This document shows, one piece after another, positions 25,080-37,900 of a DNA stretch of 64,000 nucleotides; position 1 is the stretch's first letter, and every line of letters starts with the position of its first letter. The position numbers and the translations under genes were made by a program. Where the stretch lies: NCBI GenBank assembly GCA_036172245.1, contig JAYWIR010000008.1, positions 2,046,001 through 2,110,000 on the forward strand, read 5' to 3'. This stretch comes from Raillietiella orientalis (taxonomy: Eukaryota). The notes beneath the pieces are model-generated. The model made no database searches. It was not told where the DNA came from and saw only the letters and a list, made by a program, of their open reading frames with translations.

Positions 25080-25550
25080 CAGCAGATCCGGAACAGCAGT
25101 TCCTGAGGGCTCCTCCGACGGTCAGACGACCGCCATCCCGGATTCTGCATGCCATTCCATAGAGGGAAAGGCTTCATCCCATCTTGCGCGGGACCGGCAT
25201 GCAGCCGTATCAGGGAAGCCGTGGGCCGTGGGACCGCTGCAGGCAACGCTGCGAAGCAGGGCAGGAAGAGCTAGTCTCTTTCAGGATCACAGACTTCCCG
25301 GGAGATTCAAAAGCGGCCACCTGACCATGAAGAGGACCACATGATTTCACATGGTGGCGGTAAGCACGAGAGCTCACAGAAGAAAGAGGGCACCAATGCA
25401 TGAAGGCACGACTCTGAACCGCGAAAAAAGCCTGGACATCAACAGCCTGAGATGTGTCCACGAACTTTCACGGGGGAGCTCGCAGAAGCGGCGTGGGAGG
25501 GAAGGCAGGTGCGCCGACGAAGGGCTCTACCTTGTGCTTGAAGCCTGAGT
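25080..25550 (+). mobile_element. CR1-like LINE 3' end remnant
   Basis: LQATLRSRAGRASLF..STRAHRRK..SLRCVHELSRG resembles LxsLexRRxRxDL..TRGHxxK..RVVxxWNxLP. Confidence 0.35.
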
Positions 25551-27084
25551 GATTCCTTTCCCGAAATCCCTTCAGCATTTGCATCCAAAAACCACGACAC
25601 CAGAAGAGTCACTCGAGACGATCTTGCCTGGCAACGCATAGGTTCGTGTCTCCCGCGGATATGCAATCCAGGAGGAACCCCTCAAGCACAGCAGGAACTT
25701 TTCAAGGGAAGACAGATGGAAGAGAAGGTGGACGGGAGAGCGGCGAAGGCTGTTCGATGGTCGCTCCGGCAAACAGGCTGCTCAGAGTCTTCTGAAAGAA
25801 AAATGTACAGTCATCATGGCGATCCTTCCAGAGCGAGGCTCGATGCTGGCACTCAGATTTGGCTGATCTCTGCGACAACCCTAAAAGTGGATTAATCGGA
25901 AGCATAATTTTCAGGCTGGGAGACTTGTCTGCGCGGACTCCTGCAGAAAGGACAGACGGTGAAGAGACAAGTGGCTCCTCTCCCTCTCCCCACCCAAGTG
26001 CCACAGACACGGACCGCGCGTAGTGCGGATGACTCTTAGGTGAAGATGCCCCTCCGATAAAACGGACAGTCGATGGCAACGTCAGTTCAATGGAGGTGCG
26101 CCAGCTGTGGCAGCATCGCAGCCAACAACGCCAAAAGACGCGGCGATAACATCGAGGCGAACGGGACCCGCCAGTTTGGAAAATTGTCAGGATCGAAAAA
26201 CCAGTGTGGTATGCGGAGACCGAGGTCAAGACGTGGATCTCGAGGCTCGCCAATGTGCAAGATATCTACCTCACTCTGCACTTTGAAAATGCAGACTCGA
26301 AACCAATCGAAGCGATCGTTCCATCCACGACCGGCTCCACTACATGTACTCCGGACAAAGAATTTCAGGAGATCTGCCTCGAGCGACGCCCTGCTGTTTG
26401 TCAGTGTCCACATGGACACCCCGGTGCATCCTACAGAAATTAAAGCTGACCTGACGCGTGCAAAGCGGCGCCGAATCCCCCTCCCCCATCTCCCAAGCGA
26501 CGATTCCCAAGTGGACAGCGTTCGGACGGAACGGCAAGGTGCGACGCTCAGTCTGGAATACGGAGCGATGCACATTGTTCGCGCGCGGTGTTCGGGCACG
26601 GCTAATGATGTACTGATACCCCTCTGCTCCGTTTTTGTCGAAAGAAAAAAAAGGCGCCCATAAGTCGATTCCCTCCCCCCATCGCTCGTCAGACCGGAGA
26701 AAATTCTGAAATAGAAAGCAGAAAGGTCACCGCAGCGACCCCTCGAGACGAAGAGTGGATGGAATCCTACCACGTGGAATTCGAGTCCACGAGAAGCTTG
26801 TGGGTCATTTTATTGGTTCGACTCTGGATACGGAACAAAAGGGATGCGCGTGGTATCAAAGTCTCCGGCGAGCTAATCACAGGTTCCGAAGCAGGACGTC
26901 TCTAGGTGGTTTGACTTTTGGCCGGAAGCATTCCGCTTGAAGGGAGGAACAATGCAGGAACCATCCATCCAATGTACCGTACTTTCGGATGAAACTGAGA
27001 GACAGCAGAGGGCATCTGCGCTACTTCCTGGTGTGGCTTCAAAGAATCGTGCCCGGAGGGGGTGTAGTCCCAGGTGCTCCTGGA

Positions 27085-27243
27085 ACGGTCGGTCCAGTCG
27101 GTCCAGTTGGTCCCATCGTTCCAGTTGGTCCCATCGGTCCAGTTGGTCCCATCGTTCCAGTTGGTCCCATCGGTCCAGTTGGTCCCATCGGTCCAGTTGG
27201 TCCCATCGGTCCAGTTGGTCCAGGCGGTCCAGGCGGTCCAGTC
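27085..27243. repeat. 9/18-bp minisatellite encoding Gly-Pro-X (collagen-like) repeats on both strands
   Basis: The unit ggtccagtt-ggtcccatc is tandemly repeated. It translates as [18 protein letters not shown].. (minus, within ORF 27039-27581) and GPVGPI.. (plus). Confidence 0.9.
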
Positions 27244-28461
27244 GTGCTGACGAAACCAGGATGCGTTCGGATGGTTCGTGCGTCGAATTTGCAAAACTTA
27301 TTGGAAGCCCTCAGCGAGCCGGCCAAGGAGGTGATTTCAAAGCTTCTGTTCCGAGCCTGCTGCCTCCACCTGTGTTCCAGATTCTGTCTTCGTCCATATA
27401 TCTTCAGCGCTTCTAAACAAAGAAAAATGGTGTAGTGTGGTGGCGTCCTCGGACAAGAGCAGGGAGAAGTGATGGTTTTTTGGGGGGGGAAGGGGGGGAC
27501 TGAGGATCTCCCCTCACAGCAACCAAGGAGCGTCAGGGGGCGCAACGCGTACGCACACGCATGGCAAACGCGTGTGCACATCGAACACCTTGAAGCGAGA
27601 AATGGAGGTCAGTAACTCTCCTGCCGAACACCTCGAAACACCTGTTTGGCACCTACAACACACGTGATAAGAAAAAAACACTACCGGCGGGGATTGCCCA
27701 CCCTCACAGCCGCTCTGCGCTAATACGGACACTAACACGGACGAAGACCTGAGTTTTTCCTAAGGGTCCACTGGCTCATCGGGAGAACTAGCGAATCATC
27801 GCGTCGGGTGGGACCGACGGCTACTTTCCTCTTACTTCCCTGATTTGCGTCAGTCGCGCTGACCTTCCATTCGCTTGTGTTCACCCATCAACACGCGAAT
27901 TTGTTGCAGAGGGCGCGCGACTTCGTGGGTTTGTGGGTGTCGCCGCAGAGACGGCTGCTTCCAATTCGCTCGCCCTGTGTTTCTGGAGTGCATTGGTGGC
28001 CGACCTGACAGGGCTGCTTTTTCGAGTATTCTAGCGTTCTTTCTTTGGAAAGCAGTGAGGCCGACACCTCGGCATCGAAGGAGCAGCAACTAGGAAGGAA
28101 TCCATCCGGACGGAGAAAAGACTTCGGTGGAAGATGCAAAGTCCCATCTCCCTTGATATCCCTGCAGTCGCATTCCATGGACAATGGAATGGGCCGAGGT
28201 CGGGTGAGCGGTTCGAAACCGTCCCGCCTCGGGCCGTGCAGGACATGCAGCAGTGCGGTCACTGTGTTCGCTTCTTGTGCCAGGGAGGGCTGTTTGAAAC
28301 TGCGAGTCTCCAGCCTCAGCGCCAGATATGAGGTGGGGCGGGTTCATGTGACCCACCTTGTATTACCCCCTCGGTGCGCACGCCCATTGGGAAGTGAGCC
28401 AACAGCAATCTGCGTCGAGGATGTAAGAACCGCACTACTGAGGAAGGTGGGCAGCAAGAAC

Positions 28462-28900
28462 GCCCGCGTTGGTGGCCGTGCGGCTGCGGGCTGCGCGTGC
28501 GGCATCGGGAGTTGCGGGTTCGGATCTCCACGTGGAGGATCGATGCCGTGAAACGGATGCATCGCTGGTTTCGAGTCCCTATAGCATGATGACGAGGGTT
28601 GGCTTCGGGTGCAGCACTGGTGTAAGCCGGAAACACCGGATGTCCCCCTTGACCATTGAGTAAAAAAGATTGGAAGCTGACAAGCCGGGGTCCTTCCAGG
28701 AATCAAGGAGCGCCGGTTGCCTTAGAATTCCCCCCTCCGGCTGTGAAAATGGAGCCGTCTCCTCCCTCGGGAGGTTGCCTCTCCGGGGTGTCAGCAGCGC
28801 ACTGCTCCCTTCGGGAAGCGTCCTTTCGGAGTTCTCTTACTCCGGAGCCCCTCCTGGTTTCATGGGGTAGTTCCTTCCGGATTGTCCCCTGACTTAGAGC
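28462..28900 (+). mobile_element. Diverged SINE copy (head + core)
   Basis: gcccgcgttggtggccgtgcggctgcgg head, gggttcggatc and ggtttcgagtcc boxes, ggaggatcga, ccggatgtcccc and ggtccttccaggaatcaagg are shared with the 10567 and 39299 copies. Confidence 0.75.
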
Positions 28901-29819
28901 CCTTCGTCGTCCTTCTTTCGTGAGTGCACAGTCGGCCGGGGGCAGTGGTGGGTCCATGGCAGACGGGGTCTGAAGTAGATGTCGCGAGAAGCGCACCCTG
29001 GAACTCAGAGGTCGGAAAGCGCCGTCGGGAATGCTGGTGCCACACGGGGCACTCATCTGCAAAGTCTCGTGGAATTCTCTACCTGGTCCTGGAAAACTCT
29101 CCCTATCCCCCGTCATCTCCCCGGCACCTCTGAAGAGGACATCGGGGGGCACCCGCAAGTTTGCTAGGGAAGAGTTCTCAGCCGCAGCGCACTTCGGAAA
29201 CGGTCATGTGACGAAAAGGGAAGACAGGAGGAGCAAGAACGGAAACTGCTTCCGGAAAAATTCGATTTTCGGGGGAAGAAGCAGTGTTCTGGGGGCTTGT
29301 TGCGGACTCGCGCGCCCGCCTCCGGGGCAACCCTCTACCTCATAAGAGGATAATTCGCGTTTTCGCGACTCCGTCGAGACTCGAGCCACTACTTCCGCAG
29401 CGAACGAGCGAGCCGCACGTTTCCCGCTTCGAGTCGCGGGTCGCGGAAGAGCGAATTCTCCTCTTATGAGGGAGAGGAAATCACTCTCCCTCTTTTTTTG
29501 GAAGAAGAAAAAAGAAAAATTCGATTGTAGCCGGCAGAGTAATACGACAGAGCACTCATCGCACACCTTCCAGCATCTTTCACAGCAGGATTGTCAGCTT
29601 CAGTAGTCATTCCTGAGTCCTGCCCCGGGCACTCTTCCCGGAACGAGGCAGCAGAGCAACCGATCGCAGGGTCAGAACGAACTCGCGCGGATCCCCTTGG
29701 TGCTCGCGCGCCTGCACATACCCAGCAGAGTGGTGAGGAGTTCCGTCGAACTCCAGAAAGGAATTCAAGCATCCCGAGGAAGGCCAGCCTGTGAGGCTGA
29801 GGACGAAATGTGCTCATGA

Positions 29820-31120
29820 GTGCAGAAGTCGCAGCGGATCCCTAGGAGTTCCATGAGCACCCCCTCTCCTCTCCCCCTCCCGCTCGCAGATGCACGACGC
29901 AAGCAAGGAGCGAGTTGGACTGCACAAGAGGCTGAGAGCGTGCCCGGGGCCAACGGACGTGCCGCGGAGATTTGCAGGGCCGGGCACTCCGCAAGCGAGG
30001 AGGTGCAGGTCTACCTGGTCGACCGGCCGCAGGTGGACTACCGGGCTAGTGGACCCGCGCAACGCCTAGACTGAAACCAGCAAGAGGTCGACGCGACGAC
30101 GGAAATCCCCTGCGCAGATCGAAAAGCCACGGGTTCGGATCCCGTAGCGAACCCGCGAGTCCATGGCCCCTGGAGCCGGTGACCGAGTTACGGAATATCT
30201 TCTTTGTCCAATGAAAGGCCGCGAGTTCGAATGCCGTCAAATGACGCCTCGAGCCCCGAAGAAGACCTGGCACGGATGGTGGCAAGCCCGGAAAAGGCGG
30301 ACGGTGAAAGTTCACAGGCAAAAGGTCGCCTCTGCATTCCTGAACAAACGGCCTCGCTCCCGAAGGTCGCAGCCCTTCCTCGGTTGGTAGGGCGACCGAT
30401 GTCGCGAGCCGCTGCGAGCTAGTGGGCATCGTCCTTTGCCTGCTCGAGAGCTGCGTGGGGAGCTGATGGGACCGAAGAGGAGCCATGCAGGAGTCCCGGT
30501 CGCTGGCCATTCTGGCGAGGCAGGGAAAAATCTCCAGGCGTCGCTTCCGGCTGCCGGAAGTGACAACTGCACGCGCATCGGCTGGTGAGTTGGCGTGTTC
30601 CCTTGATTCTACCACGCTGAGGCACACAGCACCCGCGCTGCGAGGGGCGCGCGACGATTCCGAAAGGTCAGACGGTCCCTGAGCCAAGCGGCAAGCGAAC
30701 GCGGTCTCCCCCTCTCTCGTCGGGAACGCAGCAGCAGCATTGAAGGAGGTGTCGAACCTGGCTGGAGTTCCCCCCTCTTGCCGTCGGAACGGGAAACGCG
30801 TTAGTTTCGAACTGACCCTGAATGACCGTCGAGCGTCTCCGGCACGAGGCGCGCACGCGCAAAAGAGGAAAACGGCATCGGGACGGCAGCAGACGCAGAG
30901 AGCGCGTCATTCCGTGCTCCACTCTTTGCATCTCGGCGGTGTGGGACGCTCGGAGCGGTTCCCGCGCACCTACCTTGGCGCAAGAAGCTCTTCTCGGAGC
31001 AGGTGTACTCGAGGAGCCAATTCTCGTAGTCGCTATCGAAATGGTGGTACGTCGTTCTGGCAAATCCTGGGGAGACACCAACAGGAATTGCACCGCCCGT
31101 CAGACCATCAACGGGCAAAC
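29820..31120 (+). mobile_element. Degraded Ty3/Gypsy LTR-retrotransposon pol (RT-RNase H)
   Basis: Collinear remnants: VDYRAS (cvDYRxLN), HGFGSRSEP (PFGLxxAP), VKVHRQKVASAFLNKRPRSRRSQPFLGW (dpxKvxaI..P..FLG), VTTARASAGELACSL (TDAS..GavL), RGKRH..ADAESA (GKxN..ADALSR). No LTRs identified. Confidence 0.55.
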
Positions 31121-32399
31121 CAGAAGTGAACCCCTCCCTCTGATGGGATCTACGGCAGGAGGAAGACGGCTATCCCCTTCACACGGGGCTTTTTTTTCTC
31201 TCCATGTTTCCGGTCTTGGCGCTTCAGCAAGTGCTCACGTGGAAGGAAGATTGGAAGAATCCCGCCCCCGAGAACTGGTGCCGTTCTCGGCACCTCGCGT
31301 CAAGATCACTTGAAACGTTCCCTTGATGCTTCCGTAGAGCACACTCCGAAACGCACTCCATTTGCTTCGGGTCCACCTCTTGCTTCTGCTCAAAATAAGA
31401 AGTGATGCTTGCTTGTTCATCTTGCCGAACGATCTCTTCCTTAGTACCCTCATTTCCTTCCGCTCCCCATTCCAGGAAACCTCCCATGTCCTTCTTTAGC
31501 TTCTTGCTCGTCAATGCAGACTTTGCGTTCTCCGAGTGACGTCACGAATGACGTCAGGGATTCCCCGCGTAAAGTCAGCTTTCCAGATCGGGATGCAGGA
31601 TTGAAACGCAAAGTTTCCTCCTGTGAGCGACCCCGTCTGCACGTTCCACAGAGCGCCTGGCTGTTCCGCGTGTGACCTCGGGAACCGCGCAGCCTCGTGA
31701 GGTGACGGCGTCGTATCGGCAACCGAAAACCCGTGCTCCGGCATCCGGTCCTCTTGAAGCTATCAGATGATTGCGAAGGAAATCAGGCCAAACTTTGTTC
31801 TCTCCGTTTCCAAGATGCCACCTCGCAGAGTTCAAGAACGTAGAAAAAAAAAAAAAGCAGATGAAAGAACGAGAGGTTCTGCGAGGTGATCTTCCGAGCA
31901 CGACCCAGAGACAGCCATTGAAGCAGACCCTTCAATCTGATGATCGACGCTGCAGCTTCCCTTGGATCCACACGGGCCTGCACATCCCTGTCTCGGGATT
32001 TGCGCTTGCAAGAGGAAAAGCATGGGGGACGTTTATGAGGCGACCTACAGAAAGAGAACCCCCGAAAATACGTTCGCTGGGGTACTCCCGAGGAGATGCC
32101 GAAAATTCTGTGCCACGAAAGCACTCGTTCCCTCTGTTCTTGGTTTTCGGAGAACTGCCACTGGAAGGGCAGACCCACACAGGTTTTTCCGAAGCCCTCA
32201 AAAGCCTTCCATCCACCAGCCCAAGTTGTGCCCGGCGCTCAGAACGAAGTCATGGGCGATAATCCGAGGCCTGAAGCACCTGACTTCGCTCCTGAAGCAA
32301 TTCGATTTACGCGAGTGCTTCTTTTAGACCGGAGCCTTCTACCGACTTCAGCTAATGGACGCATCCGGAGCTCATCAGAAGAACTCTTCCGCTGAAGAT

Positions 32400-34400
32400 A
32401 GCATTCTGCTGAGCCACGGCTCCTGCGAGCCGGTCCGCGACGGGTCATCCTGCACCGCAACACCAGAAGAATCGATGGAAAAATAAGGGAACGAGGAATT
32501 GAATAAATCCGTTACAGTGCTCCATCTTCTGTTGCTGTGAGTCACTTTAGCTGCTCTGGAAGCATGGGAGGAGAACGGAAGAGCCGACCACTGGAGCAGG
32601 CATTCCATATGAGAATTGGACACCGGGAGCTCTCTAATTCGGAAGAAATCCTTTGCGATCTCTCGTAGTGAGGACTCCTCTTCTGGACACGGTGGAGCTG
32701 GCTTGACGAGCAGCATCCTCCATCTGAGGAACTGTAATGGAATGTGCCTCGTGAGACGCCAAATCCCTAGCAGACGGACTCGGTCGAACGGCAAAAAATT
32801 CTCGGCGCCTAACACAAGGTTGCAGGTTCGAATCTCGCGGTGAACCACAGCCCTGTACTCGGCGAGGTGTGCAACTCTCCGAACCCCGTCGAGAGTTCGC
32901 CCTCCCTTGTGTCCCGACGAAGAACTCAGCGTCCGCTCAACCCTTCCTTCCTCAGCAAAGAGCTAAATGTAAACGCTCTTCTTGATCGATTTTTCTCATG
33001 ACGAAAACTCGTCCCCGACGATGGTTCGGATGACGCAGGCAGCACAGGAACAGCCGCGTCGACCAGAACGGCTGCTACATCGAACACACACCGCGGGGCA
33101 GGGGATCTCACCCGACTGGGAGGTCCTCGTGAAAAGGATGTTTGGATTCGGAAACTATGAGCACGCAGTTTGACGATTGGGGGCATCTCCTTCAAGAAAC
33201 AGCACGCGCCGTCTTCCTTTTCTTTGCTTCTTGTCCTTCAGATAGACAAAAACCAGGCGAGTATCCTGGAGGCTGTCCAAACTCGGCAAGGATGTGCACT
33301 CTGGCGAAATCCGAATCAACTCGTCCTTCCCCGCGCACTATCCTAAATCGGTTGCCTCTTTCCCTGCGTGGGACAGACGAAATATCTGGAACCTTCTTCG
33401 GAAATCGGATGCAGGCGAAGGGGAGCGGACGTTTCGGGTCGTCCGCTGGAGCAAGGCAGACAGATGCAGGAAAACACATACCCAGCTTATCCCTCGTTAT
33501 CGAAGAGTAAGTCGTGTTCATGGAGTCGATGGAAGACAGCTTGGTGTTGGAAACGATGTGACCTATTGGGCTGCCACCAACTGGAGCGATCATCCACCCC
33601 TGACTACTCACATGAAAGGCTGGAATTCGAGATTGGCGATGATGTTGCTATTTTCTTGATGCAGGCGCAAAGTCCAGCAGCTTCCCAGAATCTGGAGAGG
33701 TGTGAACGTCCTCTCTTGCTCGTACCATCTGCCCATCATCTTTGGGAAACAGGCATATCAGCAGCTCGAAATCGGGTCACCCTTCTGCGTGGCTTCGGGC
33801 CGTTGCTTCAACGCCCGGCATCGACCGAGGTCTCACGTAAACAAGAGCTACCGCCATGCCCCGTTGTGAGACGGATGCGCCATCAACTCGTACTGTCCGC
33901 CCCCTTTTTTCCCAGCGCACGGACAAGAGCTCACCATAGCAAAGTCGAGGACCACCCTCGTCATTGCAGAAGCACAGCTGCCACAGACGAACTTTCCTAC
34001 CCTCCTAGATCGCCTCTCGAGGTACAGCACCCACTAATCGTTCCCTAGCAAACGACGGTCCAGCATCTGATCAAGGTAAGGAAGCAGATCCATCGAGAGA
34101 GGGCCGTCCAGGAGGAGCACAGTCCGCGGAAGTTTCATTGGACAAGAAATGCTTCCCTGTTTGAGAAATGTGCCGGGTGCCCAGGTCGATGCAGGATGCA
34201 GGTGCCCCCCAGTCCCACACGGACGGGAAGCCACCGTGGGTTTTGCGCCTCCATGCCTGCAGCGGGCGTTGCTGAAGAAACCTCATGATTCTGGAGTCTG
34301 GAGGTTTCGAAGGAATCCCGACCGCCTATCTCGGCAATAAACCGCGCTTTGCTCTCTCTTCCGGTCAGCGAAGTTCGCAGGCAACGAGGGGAGTCCCGTG
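32400..34400 (+). mobile_element. Degraded LINE ORF2 (APE endonuclease to RT)
   Basis: 32520-32710 is homologous (inverted) to 37225-37420. Downstream remnants are ETGISAARNRVTLL (KxG..NYRPISLL) and AGCPG (GVPQG). Confidence 0.4.
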
Positions 34401-35109
34401 GCGAAGACTCGCTTCTCGGGGGGAAACGTGGAATTCACCCGTCCCTTGACGCGCGGAGACATTGCATTTTGACTGGCGAAGGACTCCAGGGAGGAAGGTC
34501 GGAGCACCAGAGCGTCGTCTGGGGATGCAGCTCGCGGGCGTGGGACCTCGCCCTTCAGTGTCGAAACCGGGGGCGTGGCTGGGAAGGCGCCGAGAGGAGA
34601 GAAGAACCACAAGAGGAAAATCGGGCTTCCCAGCTGCGCACTGGTCGCGGCGACCGAAAAGACAACGAAGAAATCCCTCAAAGGGAACGCTAGAGCGTGG
34701 ACAGGGTTGGCAGTCGATGGATGCGATTCAAACGGAGCGGCGCGGGAAAACGGGGGAGTGGCGGACAACGGCACATTTGGACTTCCGCTGCTTTGGTGGA
34801 AAATACGAACCGGCACCCGTCCCACATTCGGACTTGGAGTCAGAATGCGAATTTCCATGCGTCTCACCCCCACGATTGGTCCGAATGCCAAGCACCTTCT
34901 GAAGAGCTCTTGGGATCCCCGCTGAAGCAAGGAGATGAGACGCACTGGAAGATCGATGAGCAGCACCATGAAATTCGCACTGGGTTCACGAGGGTATTCA
35001 CAGGAAGGTTTCCAGGATTCTCAGGAGGCAGGGCTGGACAATGAGGCCAAATGCCACATTGCCTGGTCACGTGAAGCACGCGTGTTGACGTAATTAATTG
35101 GATACGACA

Positions 35110-35290
35110 GCCATGTGGTGGTAGGTAAGTCCATTGTGGAGGTTGTTACGCGTACTATGTGGGAAGTGGATGAACAGACCATGATCAACCGGATGGAGGA
35201 AGTTGATGATGTTATAATAAAAGAAATGATAGCTCTAAGAAGAATGCCAGCATGAGGATGACCACTGAAGGTAGTAGAGTGATGATGAAT
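35110..35290. repeat. Degenerate (GAT/GGT)n low-complexity tract
   Basis: gtggtggtagg, gttgatgatgttataata and gtagtagagtgatgatgaa seen directly. Confidence 0.55.
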
Positions 35291-35469
35291 AGGGGAGCTA
35301 TTTTCTGTCATGTCAGAAGAGTGATGGCTGACAGTCGCAAAGAGTTACTGTTGATGGGTGAAAGTCAGTAACGGAAAGGTGGAATTTCTAATTTTAAAGC
35401 CATAATTAGGGGAGAAAATGAGGATAGGAAGCGAAGGAAAGACACTCCTACAGCAGAAAAAGTGATGAT

Positions 35470-36300
35470 TTCAGTCGTGGACTAGAGAAACTTCCTAAAG
35501 ATATACAAGCCATCCTACAATGCCGTCGAATTGGCAGCCGTCCGGGTGAGAAGAGACGTGTTTGAAGCTGCAGATCAGAAGGATCTTCTCGACTTGTTCC
35601 CAGTCGAGCATCGGATCCCTCAGTACGACGCCGTTGATAAAATACAGTGTACAGTATACATTTCGGCAACACGATTGAAAGTTTGGAGAACACCCCAAGA
35701 CATTGAGTTCTCACGAGGATGCTGCACATATCTGATATTCGGTAGCTAGGAAACATCACTCGAGATCATTGGCTACAAACTGTCCCGCAAACCGATTCTT
35801 GGTGCGCTAACAACTTCATGGGAAAATTCAATCGTGAAGGGAAGATGCTCTCTCAACAGTGGACGAGTCCTGGGACAGCGGAGCGTTGCTGTTGGCAACG
35901 CGCCGTTCGCTCAGAATGGAACAACGCTTTTCAAAATTCGACGACGAAGGTTTGCAAAGATGAAAATGGAATCGTTATTGGTCCGCAAATTTCCTGGAAA
36001 CCTTCCTGAGAATTCTCTTCACCGCGTTCCGAGCAGCTACACACCCTAGAGACTCCGAACTGTCTCCCGCGACACCTCGGAACCTCCAGAATGACCGCAA
36101 GTCTCCACGTTTAGAGAGGGAGCATCCCTCATCATCATAAGGCGGCGCAGCATCATCACCTTGCCTCAGAAGCACATCTAATTTACGGAGCACGGCAGCG
36201 ATTCTCGTCTGCCGTGCAAACGGAAAGCCGAAGAATTCCGGCCGAGGAGACTAAGGCAAAATGTTGCAAAAAGAGGAAACCGCTTCCACACGGGACACAC
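35470..36300 (+). mobile_element. Degraded CMC/Chapaev-3-like DNA transposase remnant
   Basis: Across frameshifts: YNAVE/WQ (YxxxEWRLF), FPVEH..YDAV, LIKY..LKV (IxY..GDLKV), TRDHW..P, FAKMK/NGIVIGPQI (AKIKEGIFVGPQI), FLE (FLGN). Family assignment is from recalled motif order; no search was run. Confidence 0.45.
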
Positions 36301-36624
36301 GGCTGCATTTTCATATCTTAGTCATCAACAAAAAGGAATGCGCTCCAACCCGGGAGCTTGAAAAATAAACAAGAACCAAAACAAAGCCCACAACTCTTTT
36401 GCAGATAATAAAGGGTCCTCTTTTCAAGAAAGCTGGATGCTCGACTAGTGAGAGAGTACAGATAGCAGCAGATTTTCACAGGGAACCAGCATCCAGCGGA
36501 ATCCGAGCCCGCTCATTCTTTCCGTGCCTATTGAAAATTGGTCGCCCCTTTTCCTGCATGAAGATCCGGATGCAAAACTTCGACGGACGGAAGATCTGGA
36601 AAGACGACGGAATTCTTCAAGACA

Positions 36625-37195
36625 AGGGAGGTACCCCAAGAGGGCTCCGGAGAAAAGAGTCCATCCCTCTTACGCCTGGGGACGGATCCCCGAAGGGAAA
36701 TCTCCATCCTGGTTGTCTCCAAAGGGGAATCCCAAAGGGAATCTCCTTCCTCATTTTCTCTAAAGGGATTCCCAAAGGGGTCGGCTCCATTTTTCTTCTC
36801 CGAAGGGAACCCGGAAAGGATCCGCTACTCGGAATTTCTTCTTCCGAAAGAACCTGCAAAGGGACCTCTCCTGTTTCCTCCTCCTCTAAAGAGATACCCG
36901 AAGGGACACTTCCGAATTCTCCCTGAAGGGTGCTCCCTGAAGGCAGAAGCGCGCTTCTCTGCGCTCTGGAGAGGCATCATCTATCCTCCAGCGTCATGGT
37001 AGGACAAGAAGGGTCCCCCCAGAATGGAGGTCCGCACAAACGGAGAGTAACCCCTACTCCTTGATTCAGTTTCCTGGAAAAACCCGGAGATCGACTCCCC
37101 ATCCCGCCCACTGATCGAGGGCACTCGGTTTGAACCGCTACCAGTGCCGCACTCGGATGAACGGAGGCCAACGTCATCTTGTAGTTCTTCGGAAA
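36625..37195 (-). mobile_element. SINE copy lacking the 5' head, with full hairpin array
   Basis: Repeated cccgaaggga/cccaaaggga units at 36688-36940, then ccgcacaaacggag, ccttgattc..ttcctggaa and ccagtgccgcactcggatga shared with 38655-38780. Confidence 0.8.
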
Positions 37196-37214
37196 TCAGA
37201 TGCAGAAGTTCCTT

Positions 37215-37900
37215 TCAATTACTCAGGTCAGCTCCACCATGTCCAGAAGAGTAGTCCTCACTCATGAGATCGCTAAGGATTTCTTCCGAATTAGAGAGCT
37301 CCCGGTGTCCAATGCTCAAACGGAATGCCTGCTTCAGAGGTCGGCTCTTCCGTTCCTCTCCCCTGCCTCCAGAACATCTGGAATGCCTCACAGAAACAAA
37401 AGATGGAGTCTGCTGATCAACATGTGCGTTTGATATGAGAGCGAAAAGTCGCGCTGGCTGACCAATGGGAGATGTAGCCAATGGCCACCTTCTCGCACTC
37501 CTTCTCGATTAAGACGACATCCTGGGAGAAAGCGGCGCTTACAAGAAACGCTGCCGGTCAGATGCGCAGCTGGCCGCTCCTCTCAACTGCCGCGCTCAGA
37601 GCTGCCAGAGTCATCAACAGGAGACGCGCTGACTATTCGGCCGATCTCGTCGAGGGAGGGGCACAGCCAGTCCCGGGAGACCACTCGGGGCTTCGCCCGG
37701 ATACAGTGCTGCAGGAGGAAAACCGAGTTATCGCCCGGCCCGGCCATTGGAGGGAACCCGGAGGCAGCGCTGGAGGTAGCTCAGAGGAGAAAAGAGACGG
37801 ACCGCACGAGATGCGAGCTGTTCTTTCGCCGGCAGAGCACTGGCTTCGAGGGTTGAGTGCTTGCGACAGCCTGGAACGCGAAAGACGGCTAGGCTCTCGG
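37215..37900 (-). mobile_element. Second copy of the LINE endonuclease-region fragment
   Basis: gagatcgctaaggatttcttccgaattagagagctcccggtgtccaat is a near-exact reverse complement of 32615-32662. EKVAIGYISH resembles the APE iGxxYRxP motif. Confidence 0.5.

Noticed and set aside
26902..27435. A bona fide cuticular or fibrillar collagen gene
   Set aside because: Only ~17 triplets of near-identical DNA units; no signal peptide, additional Gly-X-Y exons or C-terminal domain found. GGNCCN repeats read Gly-Pro on both strands automatically.
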